Made by a program: the position numbers and the translations under genes
Shown here: piece after piece, positions 1-9,810 of the stretch
Position numbering within the stretch: position 1 is the first letter of the stretch
Layout of the letters: each line of letters opens with the position of its first letter
DNA from: an uncultured Gemmatimonadaceae bacterium
Lineage (GTDB): Bacteria; Gemmatimonadota; Gemmatimonadetes; Gemmatimonadales; Gemmatimonadaceae
Length of the DNA: 64,000 nt
Reading direction: 5' to 3'
Assembly: GCA_963817955.1 (NCBI GenBank)
Contig: CAWFQK010000004.1
Location: forward strand, 1,568,001-1,632,000
Notes under the pieces: model-generated
The model's input: only the letters and a program-made list of their open reading frames with translations
Database searches by the model: none
Told to the model about the DNA's origin: nothing

Positions 1-753
1 CACGAGATCGAAGGATTTGGCGGCACGAATGAGATCTTCCTGCGACGTGTTCGGCGCGAACATGGGCCGTACCTGATTCTGCTCGCCCATGATCCAGTCG
101 ATGAACAGCATCTGTACCGCGCCGCCGCGATACCAGTTGCCCTGCTCGTAGAACGGCTTCACGCGTCCGACGCCGGCGCCAAAGCCCTGTGGAATGATCG
201 TCGCCAGTCCCTTGGGCGCCTGTGCCGCAACGCCCATCTGCCATTCGGCGGTGGACGAGCAACCGATCAGGCCCACCTTGCCGTTCGACCACGGCTGCGA
301 GCTGATCCAGCCAATCTCATCGACGCCGTCGGTGAGCGGCGGGCCCAGGATGTCGTAGTTGCCTTCGGAAAAGAAGTGCCCGCGTTCATTGGCGCCGACG
401 TAGGCGTAGCCGCGTTTCACGGCGTCGAGCTGCGCGCTCATGTCGGCGGGTGCACCGAGCGTGACGTCCCAGAAGTTCATGTTGTACGGCGTGCGCACGA
501 AGATCGCCGGCACAGGCGCGGCAGCGTTTTTCGGGCGATACACGTCGAACTGCATGCGCGTGCCGTCGCGCATGGGGATCATCAGCTTTCGATCGATGAT
601 CGCGATCGATTCGAGCTGACTTTCAATTGACTCGCGGCGTGCGACGAGCGCGGTGTCGCGCCCGCCGCGTTGGGCGTGCGAGGAGGTGGGCGACAGCGCA
701 TTCGCGACCAGTGCGGCCGCGGCGATGAGCGAGAGACGGAAGGGGCGTTGCAT
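1..753 (-). CDS. CocE/NonD family hydrolase, secreted (partial, runs off window start)
   Basis: Manual translation: [28 protein letters not shown] (signal peptide)...[18 protein letters not shown]...[19 protein letters not shown]...[15 protein letters not shown] upstream. Confidence 0.85.
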   Translation of the reverse strand, partial: MQRPFRLSLIAAAALVANALSPTSSHAQRGGRDTALVARRESIESQLESIAIIDRKLMIPMRDGTRMQFDVYRPKNAAAPVPAIFVRTPYNMNFWDVTLGAPADMSAQLDAVKRGYAYVGANERGHFFSEGNYDILGPPLTDGVDEIGWISSQPWSNGKVGLIGCSSTAEWQMGVAAQAPKGLATIIPQGFGAGVGRVKPFYEQGNWYRGGAVQMLFIDWIMGEQNQVRPMFAPNTSQEDLIRAAKSFDLV

Positions 754-861
754 ACAGGCTCCGGTGGGATGCGACGTTGACGGGTTGAACATGCCACGAA
801 ATGCCTGGGCAGGCCAGCACACATGTGTTTCGCTCGCATCCAAAGGATCTAGTTTTATGGC

Positions 862-2310
862 ATGCCCAACACACCCGCACCATCCGAGCTCGAGATCGAT
901 CGCGAAACCATGCGCCACCTGGGACATCGCGTTGCTGACGTTGTCGTCGAACACCTGGCAACGATCCGTGAGCAGCCTGCGCAGGTGACCCTTGGTCGCC
1001 TGGATGCGGAACGTCTGATCGCGGGATCCCCGCCGGAGCACGGCGCCGAGTTCGAGCAACTTCTGGGCTTTCTGGAGGATCGCGTCTTTCCGTACCACGC
1101 CCGCGAACCGCACCCCCACTTCATGGGGTACATCCCGAGCTCCCCGACCTTTCCAGCCATCCTTGGCGACTGGCTGGCATCCGGTTTCAACTTTTTCAGC
1201 GGCGTCTGGTCTGTGGCATCCGGACCGAACGAGATCGAACTCCTGGTGCTCGACTGGTTCCGGCAGTGGCTCGGGATGCCGGCGGGTACCAGCGGCGTCC
1301 TCACCTCGGGGGGCTCGTCGGCAACCCTGACAGCGGTCGTCGCGGCGCGCCATCGCGCCGACTCCAATGGCGATCTCCTTCCGCGCCTCACGATGTACAC
1401 GTCGGAGCAGGCACATTCCTCGGTGCAACGAGCGGCGTGGATCGCCGGAGTGCCCCGCGTCAACGTGCGCGCGGTGGCGACAGACGATGACTATAGAATG
1501 CGGACTGACGCCTTGCGCGAGGCGATCGCCACCGATCGCGCCGCCGGACTCGTGCCGTTCATGGTAGTGGGAAGCGCAGGCACGACGAACACGGGCGCCG
1601 TCGATCCGCTGCCCGCGATCGCTGATCTCTGCGAGCGCGAATCCCTCTGGATGCACGTCGATGCAGCATACGGCGGGTTCGCCGTGCTGACGAGCGACGG
1701 CGCCACGTTGCTCCGGGGCATTGAGCGGGCGGATTCCGTGACGCTCGATCCGCACAAGTGGTTGTTCGTACCCTTCGAATGCGGGTGTCTGCTCGCCAGG
1801 AACCCAAGGCAGCTCGAGGAGACGTTCACGGTACATCCCGAGTACCTCACCGACGTGCGCGCTCGCGAGCAGGAAGTCAACTTCGCCGACCGCGGTGAAC
1901 AGCTGACGCGATCATCTCACGCGCTCAAGGTGTGGCTGTCGGTCAGCTACTACGGCGTCGCGAAGATGCGCGGCGCCATCGCGGCAGGCGTGCGGCGCGC
2001 CGAGTATGCAGAGGAATTGCTCGCGGCGCGCGGATTCGAGATTCTCTCGCCAGCACAACTGGGCATCGTGTGCTTCCGCGCCCGTCCGTCCGGCCTCGAT
2101 GACGCAGACGCGCTCGATGCGCTGAACGATCGCATCAACGCGCGTCTGAATTCCACCGGCCGGTTTCTGATGTCCTCCACGAAGCTCCGCGGCCGCTTTT
2201 CACTTCGCCTGTGCACGCAAGTGCACCGCATGACCAACGCCGACATCGACGACGTAGTCGCCGAGCTCTGCGAGGCACGAACGGCAGAACACGCGCTCAC
2301 GCCCGTCTGA
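862..2310 (+). CDS. PLP-dependent group II (aromatic-L-amino-acid-type) decarboxylase
   Basis: [44 protein letters not shown] (PLP lysine). Confidence 0.93.
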   Translation: MPNTPAPSELEIDRETMRHLGHRVADVVVEHLATIREQPAQVTLGRLDAERLIAGSPPEHGAEFEQLLGFLEDRVFPYHAREPHPHFMGYIPSSPTFPAILGDWLASGFNFFSGVWSVASGPNEIELLVLDWFRQWLGMPAGTSGVLTSGGSSATLTAVVAARHRADSNGDLLPRLTMYTSEQAHSSVQRAAWIAGVPRVNVRAVATDDDYRMRTDALREAIATDRAAGLVPFMVVGSAGTTNTGAVDPLPAIADLCERESLWMHVDAAYGGFAVLTSDGATLLRGIERADSVTLDPHKWLFVPFECGCLLARNPRQLEETFTVHPEYLTDVRAREQEVNFADRGEQLTRSSHALKVWLSVSYYGVAKMRGAIAAGVRRAEYAEELLAARGFEILSPAQLGIVCFRARPSGLDDADALDALNDRINARLNSTGRFLMSSTKLRGRFSLRLCTQVHRMTNADIDDVVAELCEARTAEHALTPV

Positions 2311-2335
2311 GCGAGCGCGGTCCACTGCCGGCGGA

Positions 2336-2899
2336 TCAGCGGCTGTAGAGTGCCGTGAGCTCCGCCATACCCAATGTGTGTGCGTGCAGGTTGAAGCCGA
2401 CGTACGCGGCGGTTGCGCCGGCGGGAATGTCGAGTTTGTCGGTGTCGAGGGCGAAGACCGTGAATCGATAGTGGTGCGGCTTGTCGCCCTTCGGCGGACA
2501 CGGACCGCCGTAGCCGGGTGTGCCGAAATCGGTATTTGACTGGACCGCGCCGGCAGGGAGCAGGTTCTTCTTGGCATCGCCCGCGCCGGCGGCAAGCTTC
2601 GTCACACCAGCAGGAATGTTGTACACCACCCAATGCCACCAGCCGCTGCCGGTTGGCGCGTCCGGGTCATAGACGGTGAGCGCGAAGCTCTTCGTGCCCT
2701 TGGGCGCGCCGCTCCACTCGAGGACCGGCGACGTGTTGCTCCCGGTGCACCCCATACCGTTGAAGACCTGTGCGCTGGCGATCTTCTGTCCCTGATGCAC
2801 GTCAGGACTGGTCAGCGAAAACGTGCCGGGTTTCTGGGCGCAGGCAACGGAGGTGGTCACCGCGAGCGCGAACAGCGCGGAAGCGAGTTGTCGTACCAT
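2336..2899 (-). CDS. YbhB/YbcL family (PEBP/Raf kinase inhibitor-like) periplasmic protein
   Basis: Signal peptide MVRQLASALFALAV; YDPDAPTGSGWWHW, GYGGPCPP, HHYRFTVFAL. Confidence 0.92.
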   Translation of the reverse strand: MVRQLASALFALAVTTSVACAQKPGTFSLTSPDVHQGQKIASAQVFNGMGCTGSNTSPVLEWSGAPKGTKSFALTVYDPDAPTGSGWWHWVVYNIPAGVTKLAAGAGDAKKNLLPAGAVQSNTDFGTPGYGGPCPPKGDKPHHYRFTVFALDTDKLDIPAGATAAYVGFNLHAHTLGMAELTALYSR

Positions 2900-3194
2900 G
2901 GATCTCCTCTCTCCTCGGCTATCATGAAACTTTGAATGAGGGGCTGAGCTTCGCCTGCCTTCAACATAGCGGAGTCGGGTCTCCGCCAAGCTCGTCAGTG
3001 CAGGCCCGATGACGACGGCCGAACTGTGGCCGAGGGTTGCTCTGCAAGGCGCACTTCCCCAACAACGCCAGTCGCGTATCCGGACCCTGGGTCATCTCCT
3101 GCCCGGCAGCCAGACCGCGCAGGCGTGCGATAGTAAGCGGGTCGCGCGACCTCGCTGCATGTGCACCCACCTGGCCGGACCACAGGAGACATTG

Positions 3195-4475
3195 ATGCCG
3201 AGATACACCCGCTTGCTTGCGCTCTTGAGCGTCTCGCTCACCGCCTCGGTGGCGTTTGCGCAATTCCCCATTCCCTCGAAGATCAACGAGAAGGTGAAGC
3301 AACGCATCGAACAGAAGCAGGACAGCCTGATCGACAAAGGAATCAACAAAGTCGACTGCGCCGTTACCGATCAGAAGTGCATCGATGACGCCAAGGCCGC
3401 CAAGAAGGACGTCGTGCTCACGGATGCAAAGGGCAAGCGTCTCCCCGACAACCAGCAACCCAAGGCGCAGCAGCAAGCGGCCGGCGGCGAGGCCGCACAG
3501 GCGGGAGATGCCGCCTGGGCGAACTTCGACTTCGTGCCCGGCGAGAAGGTGCTGTTCAAGGATGATTACATGAGCGATCGCGTCGGCAACTTTCCGCACC
3601 GTCTGGAATTCATCAGCGGCAACGCGGAGATGGTGACCTGGAAGGGATCTCGGTGGCTGAGAATCAACTCGACATCGGTGTTCGCGGTGCCGCTCCCCAG
3701 CGTCTTGCCGGATCGGTTCACGATGGAATTTCCGATCACACTCCCGTGGTGGGGAATGCAGGTCTACGGCGGTCCGGACGGTAACCCAAGCTCACCGAGC
3801 GACCGAAAGTTCTCGTGGATCGTGATCAGTTGCTGTGAGGTGGGCGTCAAGCTTGCCAGCCGAGATGGCGGGTCGGTCAGCGATCCCAGAAAGGCAACCG
3901 GCGTCAGCGACATTGACGGCCACCTGTTCACCGTGCGGGTGCAAGGCGATGGTAAGTATCTCAAGGTCTATCTCGATCAAACGCGCGTGGCGAACATCCC
4001 GACCGCCGACTTCAAGCGCACGAACAAGATCTATTTCCAGATCAGACCGAGCAACGACACATCGATCTTCGTTGGTCCCATCTCGATCAATGCAGGCGGC
4101 CAGACGATGTACGATGCGCTGTCGGCCGCCGGCCGGTTCGCGACGCAGGGCATCTACTTCGATACAGGCAGCGACGTGGTGCGTGGCGAATCGACGCCCA
4201 CGCTGCAGGACATCGCGGACATGCTGAAGGAGCACCCCGATCTGAAGTTGCGCATTGAAGGCCACACCGACAACGTCGGCGACGCGGCAGCCAATCAGAC
4301 GCTCTCCGAAAAACGCGCGGCGGCGGTCAAGCTGTATCTGGTCAGCAAACTCGGCATCGATGCCGCTCGGCTGGAGGCACAGGGCTTTGGCGCCACCAAG
4401 CCAATCGGGCCGAACGACACGCCGGAAGGACGGCAGAACAATCGGCGGGTGGAGTTGGTGAAGCTCAATAAATGA
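3195..4475 (+). CDS. OmpA family protein (C-terminal peptidoglycan-binding domain)
   Basis: AGGAG RBS; signal peptide MPRYTRLLALLS...AFAQ; IYFDTG, IEGHTDNVG...NQTLSEKRA, GRQNNRRVE. Confidence 0.9.
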   Translation: MPRYTRLLALLSVSLTASVAFAQFPIPSKINEKVKQRIEQKQDSLIDKGINKVDCAVTDQKCIDDAKAAKKDVVLTDAKGKRLPDNQQPKAQQQAAGGEAAQAGDAAWANFDFVPGEKVLFKDDYMSDRVGNFPHRLEFISGNAEMVTWKGSRWLRINSTSVFAVPLPSVLPDRFTMEFPITLPWWGMQVYGGPDGNPSSPSDRKFSWIVISCCEVGVKLASRDGGSVSDPRKATGVSDIDGHLFTVRVQGDGKYLKVYLDQTRVANIPTADFKRTNKIYFQIRPSNDTSIFVGPISINAGGQTMYDALSAAGRFATQGIYFDTGSDVVRGESTPTLQDIADMLKEHPDLKLRIEGHTDNVGDAAANQTLSEKRAAAVKLYLVSKLGIDAARLEAQGFGATKPIGPNDTPEGRQNNRRVELVKLNK

Positions 4476-4507
4476 TTGGGTCGTCCGAGATTTGTGTGGG
4501 TGATTTC

Positions 4508-5030
4508 GGGGGACACGGGACACGGGACACGGGACACGAGACAGGGGACACGAGACAGGGGACACTCACAACGCACAACTCACAACTGGAAACTCGAAAC
4601 TCGCCGACCGGTGGGCCGACGGCTACGGAGCAGCCAGCGACATCCAGCCGGTCACCACCCGGAGTCCAATCCGATCTCCCATGTCCTTCGTTCAGGATGA
4701 CAGGCCTTCGCGCAGGACGACAGGCATCGCGGGTGATCAGAGGTGAGTTGTCAGTTGTCAGTTGTCAGTTGTCAGTTGTCAGTATACGGGTCCTGTGCAC
4801 CAGGGCGCCTGGCTCGCAGGCCACAATCGCCGGTCGGCGAGGTTCGGGTATCCAGTTGTGAGTCATGAGTTGTGAGTTGTAAAAACGCACCACGCATCAC
4901 TCACAACTCACAACTCGAACCTGGCCGCCCGCTACGGAGCAGCCAGCGACATCCCGCCAGAATAGAGCCCGGAGCCCAATCCCCGCTGCACCGGCCGGCG
5001 CGAGTGGCTTGCGAGCCAGGGCCACCCGCG
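4508..5030. repeat. Composite intergenic repeat locus (copy A of dispersed family, plus inverted and partial cores)
   Basis: (GGGACAC/GAGACAG)n heptamers, CACAACT heptamers, core CTCGCCGACCGGTGGGCCGAC..TACGGAGCAGCCAGCGACATCCAGCC; inverted core CCGGTCGGCGAGGTTCG at ~4830; (AGTTGTC)n and (AGTTGTG)n arrays; second partial core at ~4900-5010. Confidence 0.9.
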
Positions 5031-5244
5031 CGACTACCCTGCACGATTGATGCGACTCCCTCCTCATTCCTCATAGTTCTTCCGCTGCGCGGAGTGACGG
5101 GCCTCTGTCCGGACTGCCGCTGCATCATCGGCAACGCTATCAATGACCTGCTCGGCCTGATGGTCCGGGATGACAGCGTGCACACCCCTTCAGAGATGCG
5201 TGGTCACCTCGCGCCCTACTTGTCCTCGCGTGCGGCCAATTCGT

Positions 5245-5562
5245 TCACGCACGCCTGACGCAGCGGCCCAGTTCGTTCTCGACGATACGCTCGATCGTCG
5301 AATCGTCCACCGCATCGTACTCGTGGCGGAGCACGTTGCCCAAACCGCGAATGCCGCGCCACGAGACATGGGGCTGACGCTCCTCGATCATTGGGCCGAG
5401 CTTCTTCGCGGCTTCGCTGATCCGTTCGAGGCACCGCTCGACCGCATCGCGCGTCTTGTCGTCGAACTCTGCGCCAGGCTTCATGCACTTCAGGTGGGCG
5501 CGCACCCGATCGATGTTGGTGACGACGTCCTGTAGCCGTTGGCGAGGCACGTCAGAAGGCAT
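5245..5562 (-). CDS. HepT-like (DUF86, HEPN) ribonuclease toxin, probable -1 frameshift near C-terminus
   Basis: DAVERCLERISEA, WRGIRGLGNVLRHEYDAVD; helix-like continuation GPLRQACVNELAAREDK lies in another frame ending at 5216. Confidence 0.85.
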   Translation of the reverse strand: MPSDVPRQRLQDVVTNIDRVRAHLKCMKPGAEFDDKTRDAVERCLERISEAAKKLGPMIEERQPHVSWRGIRGLGNVLRHEYDAVDDSTIERIVENELGRCVRRA

Positions 5563-5851
5563 ACACCGCTTGCGCCTCTGCGCTCGGACGCACATGAGGA
5601 CGGAGGCGGTCGCGTCGGGCGACGTCGACGTCCTGCCCCACGATCTGTTCGAGGTCAGCCGCTATTCCCGCGTACGCGAAGAAGTCGTCGGCTACACCCG
5701 GCGTGAGATCGACGAACAGGTCCACATCGCTGTCGGCTCGGTGCTCCGAACGCACGACCGAACCGAACACCGCGACGTGGACAACGCCGCGCTCACGAAG
5801 TTCGACTTCGTGCGCGCGGAGCTTCGCGAGGATGTTCGTGAGGAGCGACAT
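5552..5851 (-). CDS. MNT (minimal nucleotidyltransferase) antitoxin, MntA-like
   Basis: VFGSVVRSEHRADSDVDLFV (GS-x10-DxD), 99 aa, overlaps the start of the HEPN gene. Confidence 0.9.
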   Translation of the reverse strand: MSLLTNILAKLRAHEVELRERGVVHVAVFGSVVRSEHRADSDVDLFVDLTPGVADDFFAYAGIAADLEQIVGQDVDVARRDRLRPHVRPSAEAQAVYAF

Positions 5852-5892
5852 ACGAAAAACCTACTCCCGAGGTGGCTGGCCTACAACACGTC

Positions 5893-6102
5893 CGCGGCGA
5901 CGCACGTCAAGAAAGTCGACAATACCACGGCATTGATCTGGAAACCCTGTCTCGTCGTCGAACAACATTTCCGCAAACTGAACGCCTCGCACTTCTGTAT
6001 CGACGGGTACAATGGCGTCTTGTTTCACGACGGTCTGTGCACGGTGAACCCGACCCGAGAACGGATCGCCCTCTGACGCCGGGTACTCTGGACAAGATCT
6101 CT
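5893..6102 (+). pseudogene. IS256-family transposase C-terminal remnant with degenerate right end
   Basis: KKVDNTTALIWKPCLVVEQHFRKLNA...GVLFHDG resembles the C-terminus of IS256-type transposases; followed by GACAAGATCTC end-like motif; no N-terminus. Confidence 0.6.
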
Positions 6103-6129
6103 AAGCTCGACCTTGGCCATTTCGGCGGC

Positions 6130-6516
6130 TCAGAATTCGTAGCCTTGATCGAGCCAGTAGTGCCAATCATCGATCGCTCGGCGCGTCTTCGTACCCACAT
6201 CGTGTGCGCCACGGACTTCCAGTTGAGCCAGCGGGACGGCGAGCGGACGGTCGAGCCAGCAAATCTGGACGAACATCTCGTGCTCGCACTCCTGTTCCGG
6301 CGCCATGCTGCTGACGAGGACGCGATCGCCGGGGTTGAGTGGCGAAATGGCACGGGCGGCGCGGCACCGGGCCGTAAACGGAAACCGCAGGGTGTTTTCA
6401 AGGTAGCAGTACCACCCCATAGCCTGTTCTTGCGGGCCGTAGGCATCGACGATGATTTCGTCAAGAATGCGGCGCTCCGACGCAGCGTTCCGTTTTCGAG
6501 GAGGTGGCTTGGCCAT
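6130..6516 (-). CDS. CcbP-like calcium-binding family protein
   Basis: EIIVDAYGPQEQAMGWYCYLE..L.FPF.A, AVPLAQL, AIDDWHYW pattern. Confidence 0.75.
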   Translation of the reverse strand: MAKPPPRKRNAASERRILDEIIVDAYGPQEQAMGWYCYLENTLRFPFTARCRAARAISPLNPGDRVLVSSMAPEQECEHEMFVQICWLDRPLAVPLAQLEVRGAHDVGTKTRRAIDDWHYWLDQGYEF

Positions 6517-6580
6517 GGACACCTGTGTCGGGGCGCGCGTCCGGTGCCGAAGTCCCAGCGAGCTCCGGGCAGGCTGCTGC

Positions 6581-6840
6581 CAGACTCATGAAGTAACGAA
6601 GCGGGCGATTTCGTAGACTTGCGACATCTCTCGGCCAAGAGCGATGCCTCATGCCTCCGCTACCGACCCGCTTCGTCGCTATCATCGTAGCATTTTCCGG
6701 GCTATTTCGCCAACGGACCTGGCGGTACGCCGAGCCCCTGTTGATCGGGGCGATGCTCGCGCCGGGCATTCGCGCCGTCGCCGGGGTGCTGCGCGTCCTC
6801 GGGCTCGCCGATGAGCGCCACTTCGTCTCGAACACCGCAG
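6581..6840 (+). pseudogene. IS701-like (DDE) transposase N-terminal remnant with putative left end
   Basis: MPPLPTRFVAIIVAFSGLFRQRTWRYAEPLLIGAMLAPGIRAVAGVLRVLGLADERHF matches IS701-type N-termini, then similarity is lost; CAGACTCATGAAGTAA upstream as candidate terminus. Confidence 0.6.
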
Positions 6841-6923
6841 CTTTCCCCTCACCGCGCCGGATGCAACACGAGCCAGATGCCGGCGGCATCTGGCTCGTGT
6901 TGCGTTCACTGCGCGAGGCAGCG

Positions 6924-7580
6924 TCACGACCGTGCAGTCACCATGGCATACGCCAGCACCGCCCAGAAATGCGCCGCGCTTCCACCAAGCACGCAGAGAT
7001 GCCACATCGCATGCCCGAACCGAATCCGGTGGTCGTACACATAGAACGCGACGCCACCGGTGTACAGCAATCCACCGGCGAGGACTAGCTCGAGGCCAGG
7101 ACGCGGAACGTGCTGCACCATCGGCACCACCGCGATGACGACCAACCATCCCATCGCGACGTACAGCACCGTTGACAGATGTGGCATTCGCACGCCGTAG
7201 ACGGCCTTGAACAACACGCCGGTGGCAGCGAGCACCCAGATCACGCCGAACATGCTCCACCCCCACCTGCCGCGCATCGGGCCGAGGAGAAACGGCGTGT
7301 ATGTGCCGGCGATCAGTAGGTAAATGGCCGCGTGGTCGCATCGCCGCATCACCGCCTTCACCCGTTCGCCGGGGAGCGCGTGATACAGCGTGGATGTCGA
7401 GTAGAGCAGGATCAGAGAGATCCCATAAATAACGGCGGCCACGACGAGCCTTGCATCGTGTCGCGCCGACGCGGTGAGAATGAGCACCGGGAGCGCGGCA
7501 ACGCTCAACAGCAACCCCATTCCGTGCGTCGCTGCGTTAGCTATCTCCTCAGCTATCGTTTGTCGACGGTCGTGGCTCAT
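6924..7580 (-). CDS. Hemolysin III family (PAQR/TrhA) membrane protein
   Basis: EEIANAATHG, STSTLYH, DHAAIYLLIAGTYTPF, HAMWHLCV. Confidence 0.93.
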   Translation of the reverse strand: MSHDRRQTIAEEIANAATHGMGLLLSVAALPVLILTASARHDARLVVAAVIYGISLILLYSTSTLYHALPGERVKAVMRRCDHAAIYLLIAGTYTPFLLGPMRGRWGWSMFGVIWVLAATGVLFKAVYGVRMPHLSTVLYVAMGWLVVIAVVPMVQHVPRPGLELVLAGGLLYTGGVAFYVYDHRIRFGHAMWHLCVLGGSAAHFWAVLAYAMVTARS

Positions 7581-7612
7581 GCCGCAAGATAGCGTGGTGC
7601 ACGGCCGCGCGC

Positions 7613-7642
7613 GGGACACGAGACACGAGACACGAGACAGGG
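7613..7642 (+). repeat. Short G(G/A)GACAC heptamer array
   Basis: GGGACAC GAGACAC GAGACAC GAGACAG between divergent genes. Confidence 0.75.
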
Positions 7643-7686
7643 GATGCCCGAAATCACCGACACCAATCCCACGAAGGGCCCCAGTT

Positions 7687-8901
7687 ATGAATAGCAGCAT
7701 TCGACGAGCTGTTGCATTTGGCGCCGTGCTTTCGCTCGCCGCGTGTGCGCATCAGCCCGCCGTTACGCTGGCGGCAACGGTGCCCGCGATGGCGTCCGCG
7801 CCAGGGCCTGCACCTGAGCGCTGGCTCGGGCTCATCGGCGAGTACGATACACCGGCCGGAATGCGGATCGTGCTCGAGGACGGTGGACATCTGCTGTTTG
7901 CCGACACGACGCGGCACAGCATGCCGCTGACCGAGCGCTCCCGCAATGTGTTCGACATCAGCCGCGACGCTTCAGCGGCGCTGCTCGGCGCACCGTCTGA
8001 CGAACTCCAGTTCGTACGCGATGCGTCGGACCGCGCGACAGAGGCCGTTGCAGACGGCGTGCGATTGCTCCGGCGCACCATCGAACCACTACCGGGGACG
8101 AACCAGCTCCGCATCGCACCGCTGCGCCCGGTGGAGGAATTGCGTGCCGAAGCGATCGCCGCATCACCGCCGCAGGAGCCGGGGACATTCCGGCCGTCGG
8201 ATCTCGTCGAGCTCACGCAACTCGACTCGACGATCAAGCTCGAGATCCGCTACGCAACCACCAACAACTTCCTCGGCACCCGCTTCTACGATCAGGCGCG
8301 CGCCTTCATGCAGCGTCCGGCGGCTGACGCCGTGGTGCGCGCCAATCAGTGGCTCCGGCCGCTCGGCTACGGCTTACTCGTGCACGATGCGTATCGCCCC
8401 TGGTACGTGACGAAGATGTTCTGGGACGCGACGCCGCCGGAGAAACGCTGGCTCGTCGCCAATCCCGCGCAGGGATCGCGGCACAATCGCGGTGCGGCCG
8501 TCGACCTCACGCTCTACGCGCTCGCGACGGGTCAGCCCGCCGAGATGCCAAGCACATACGACGAGAGCACTGACCGCGCCTACGCGGACTATCCGGGCGG
8601 CACATCGCTACAGCGCTGGCATCGCGCGCTGCTGCGGCGCGCGATGGAAGCGCAGGGGTTCACCGTGAACCCCACCGAATGGTGGCACTTCGATTACCGT
8701 GACTGGCGGAACTATCGTATTGGCAACGTGCCGTTCGAGGGGGTGCGAGACATGGGCGGGGGACACGGGACGCGAGAAACTCACAACGTACAACTCACAA
8801 CTGGCAACTCGAACCTCGCCGACCGGTGGGTCGACCGGTACGGAGCAGCCAGCGACACCCAGCCGGCTCACAGAGATCCTTCGCTTGGCTCAGGAGGATA
8901 G
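7687..8901 (+). CDS. D-alanyl-D-alanine dipeptidase (M15D, VanX/DdpX-like) lipoprotein; ORF reads into repeat copy B
   Basis: Lipobox LAAC; IRYATTNNF, DAYRPW, SRHNRGAAVDLT, EWWHFDY. Confidence 0.9.
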   Translation: MNSSIRRAVAFGAVLSLAACAHQPAVTLAATVPAMASAPGPAPERWLGLIGEYDTPAGMRIVLEDGGHLLFADTTRHSMPLTERSRNVFDISRDASAALLGAPSDELQFVRDASDRATEAVADGVRLLRRTIEPLPGTNQLRIAPLRPVEELRAEAIAASPPQEPGTFRPSDLVELTQLDSTIKLEIRYATTNNFLGTRFYDQARAFMQRPAADAVVRANQWLRPLGYGLLVHDAYRPWYVTKMFWDATPPEKRWLVANPAQGSRHNRGAAVDLTLYALATGQPAEMPSTYDESTDRAYADYPGGTSLQRWHRALLRRAMEAQGFTVNPTEWWHFDYRDWRNYRIGNVPFEGVRDMGGGHGTRETHNVQLTTGNSNLADRWVDRYGAASDTQPAHRDPSLGSGG

Positions 8902-8962
8902 GCATCGCGGGTACTGTGATCAGTTGTGAGTTGTGAGTTGTGAGTTGTGAGTTGTAAAAACG
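8754..8962 (+). repeat. Dispersed repeat copy B with distal inverted (AGTTGTG)n arm
   Basis: GGGACAC, CACAACT, CGAACCTCGCCGACCGGTGGGTCGACCGGTACGGAGCAGCCAGCGACACCCAGCC; ends in AGTTGTG array + TAAAAACG as in copy A. Confidence 0.9.
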
Positions 8963-9599
8963 GACCCCGGGTGACTGCCCGGCACAATTCTATTTCGCTG
9001 TGAACGTGACGCGACGCAATGTCACCGAACCTTCGCGAGGGTCATTTGGGGCGCCGGATCAATTCCTCCCCTTTCGCTCGGAATTGTCGCATCACGATGC
9101 AGTCTGGCGAGGTGGACGTCTCGGAATGTGGGTGGTTGGTAAGCGGAATGAAGCCACCGCGCCCCGATCCTGGCCCGCCATGGGTGGCCGTTATTCGGCC
9201 GCGGCCAAAGTAACGCTGCCGCGCGCGGTTCTCGAACGTGCCGCGGCCATGATCCGCCATGCCGCGCTATCGATCGGCGTGCCGCGCTATCGATCCGCAT
9301 GCCGCGCGCAGGCCGCAGAACTCCGCAAGATGAAGTCGGCGTACCGCGCGAGCGGCGGCCGTGCCAGTCCAAGTCGGTCGGGTAGGCGCATGGACAACCG
9401 GTGTTGCCGCGCGCGCTGGTCGGATGCCGCCGATTTTTGAGCCGTGCCGCGCTTGGACCCGCACGCACAAACGTCTTCCGCCGGCGCCCCGCGCCGGATG
9501 CGACTACGGCGCGAGTTGCATCCGTCGCGCCGCGATCGGAGGCCAGAAGCCGCGGCGAGAGCACGTTGCGCCGCGCCCGGGAGCCTGACGCCACTGCCG

Positions 9600-9810
9600 G
9601 GCGGCGCAGCGGGGATTGGACTCCGGGCTGGATGTCGCTGGCTACCGATCGCGAGGCGGGGATTGGACTCCGGGCGCTATTCTGGCTGGCTGTCGCTGGC
9701 TGCTCCGTACCGGTCGACCCACCGGTCGGCGAGGTTCGAGTTTCCAGTTGTGCGTTGTGAGTTTCTCGCGTGTCTCGTGTCTAATGTCCCATGTCTCGTG
9801 TCCCGTCCCC
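9600..9810 (-). repeat. Dispersed repeat copy C
   Basis: Reverse complement of the same core and heptamer arm, starting immediately after the permease stop; duplicated GGGGATTGGACTCCGGGC segment. Confidence 0.9.

Noticed and set aside
4472..5258. Small ORFs with GHGTRDT/SRVPCPV-type peptides (also near 16.6, 17.5, 19.0, 54.8 kb)
   Set aside because: Translations of heptamer repeats, not genes
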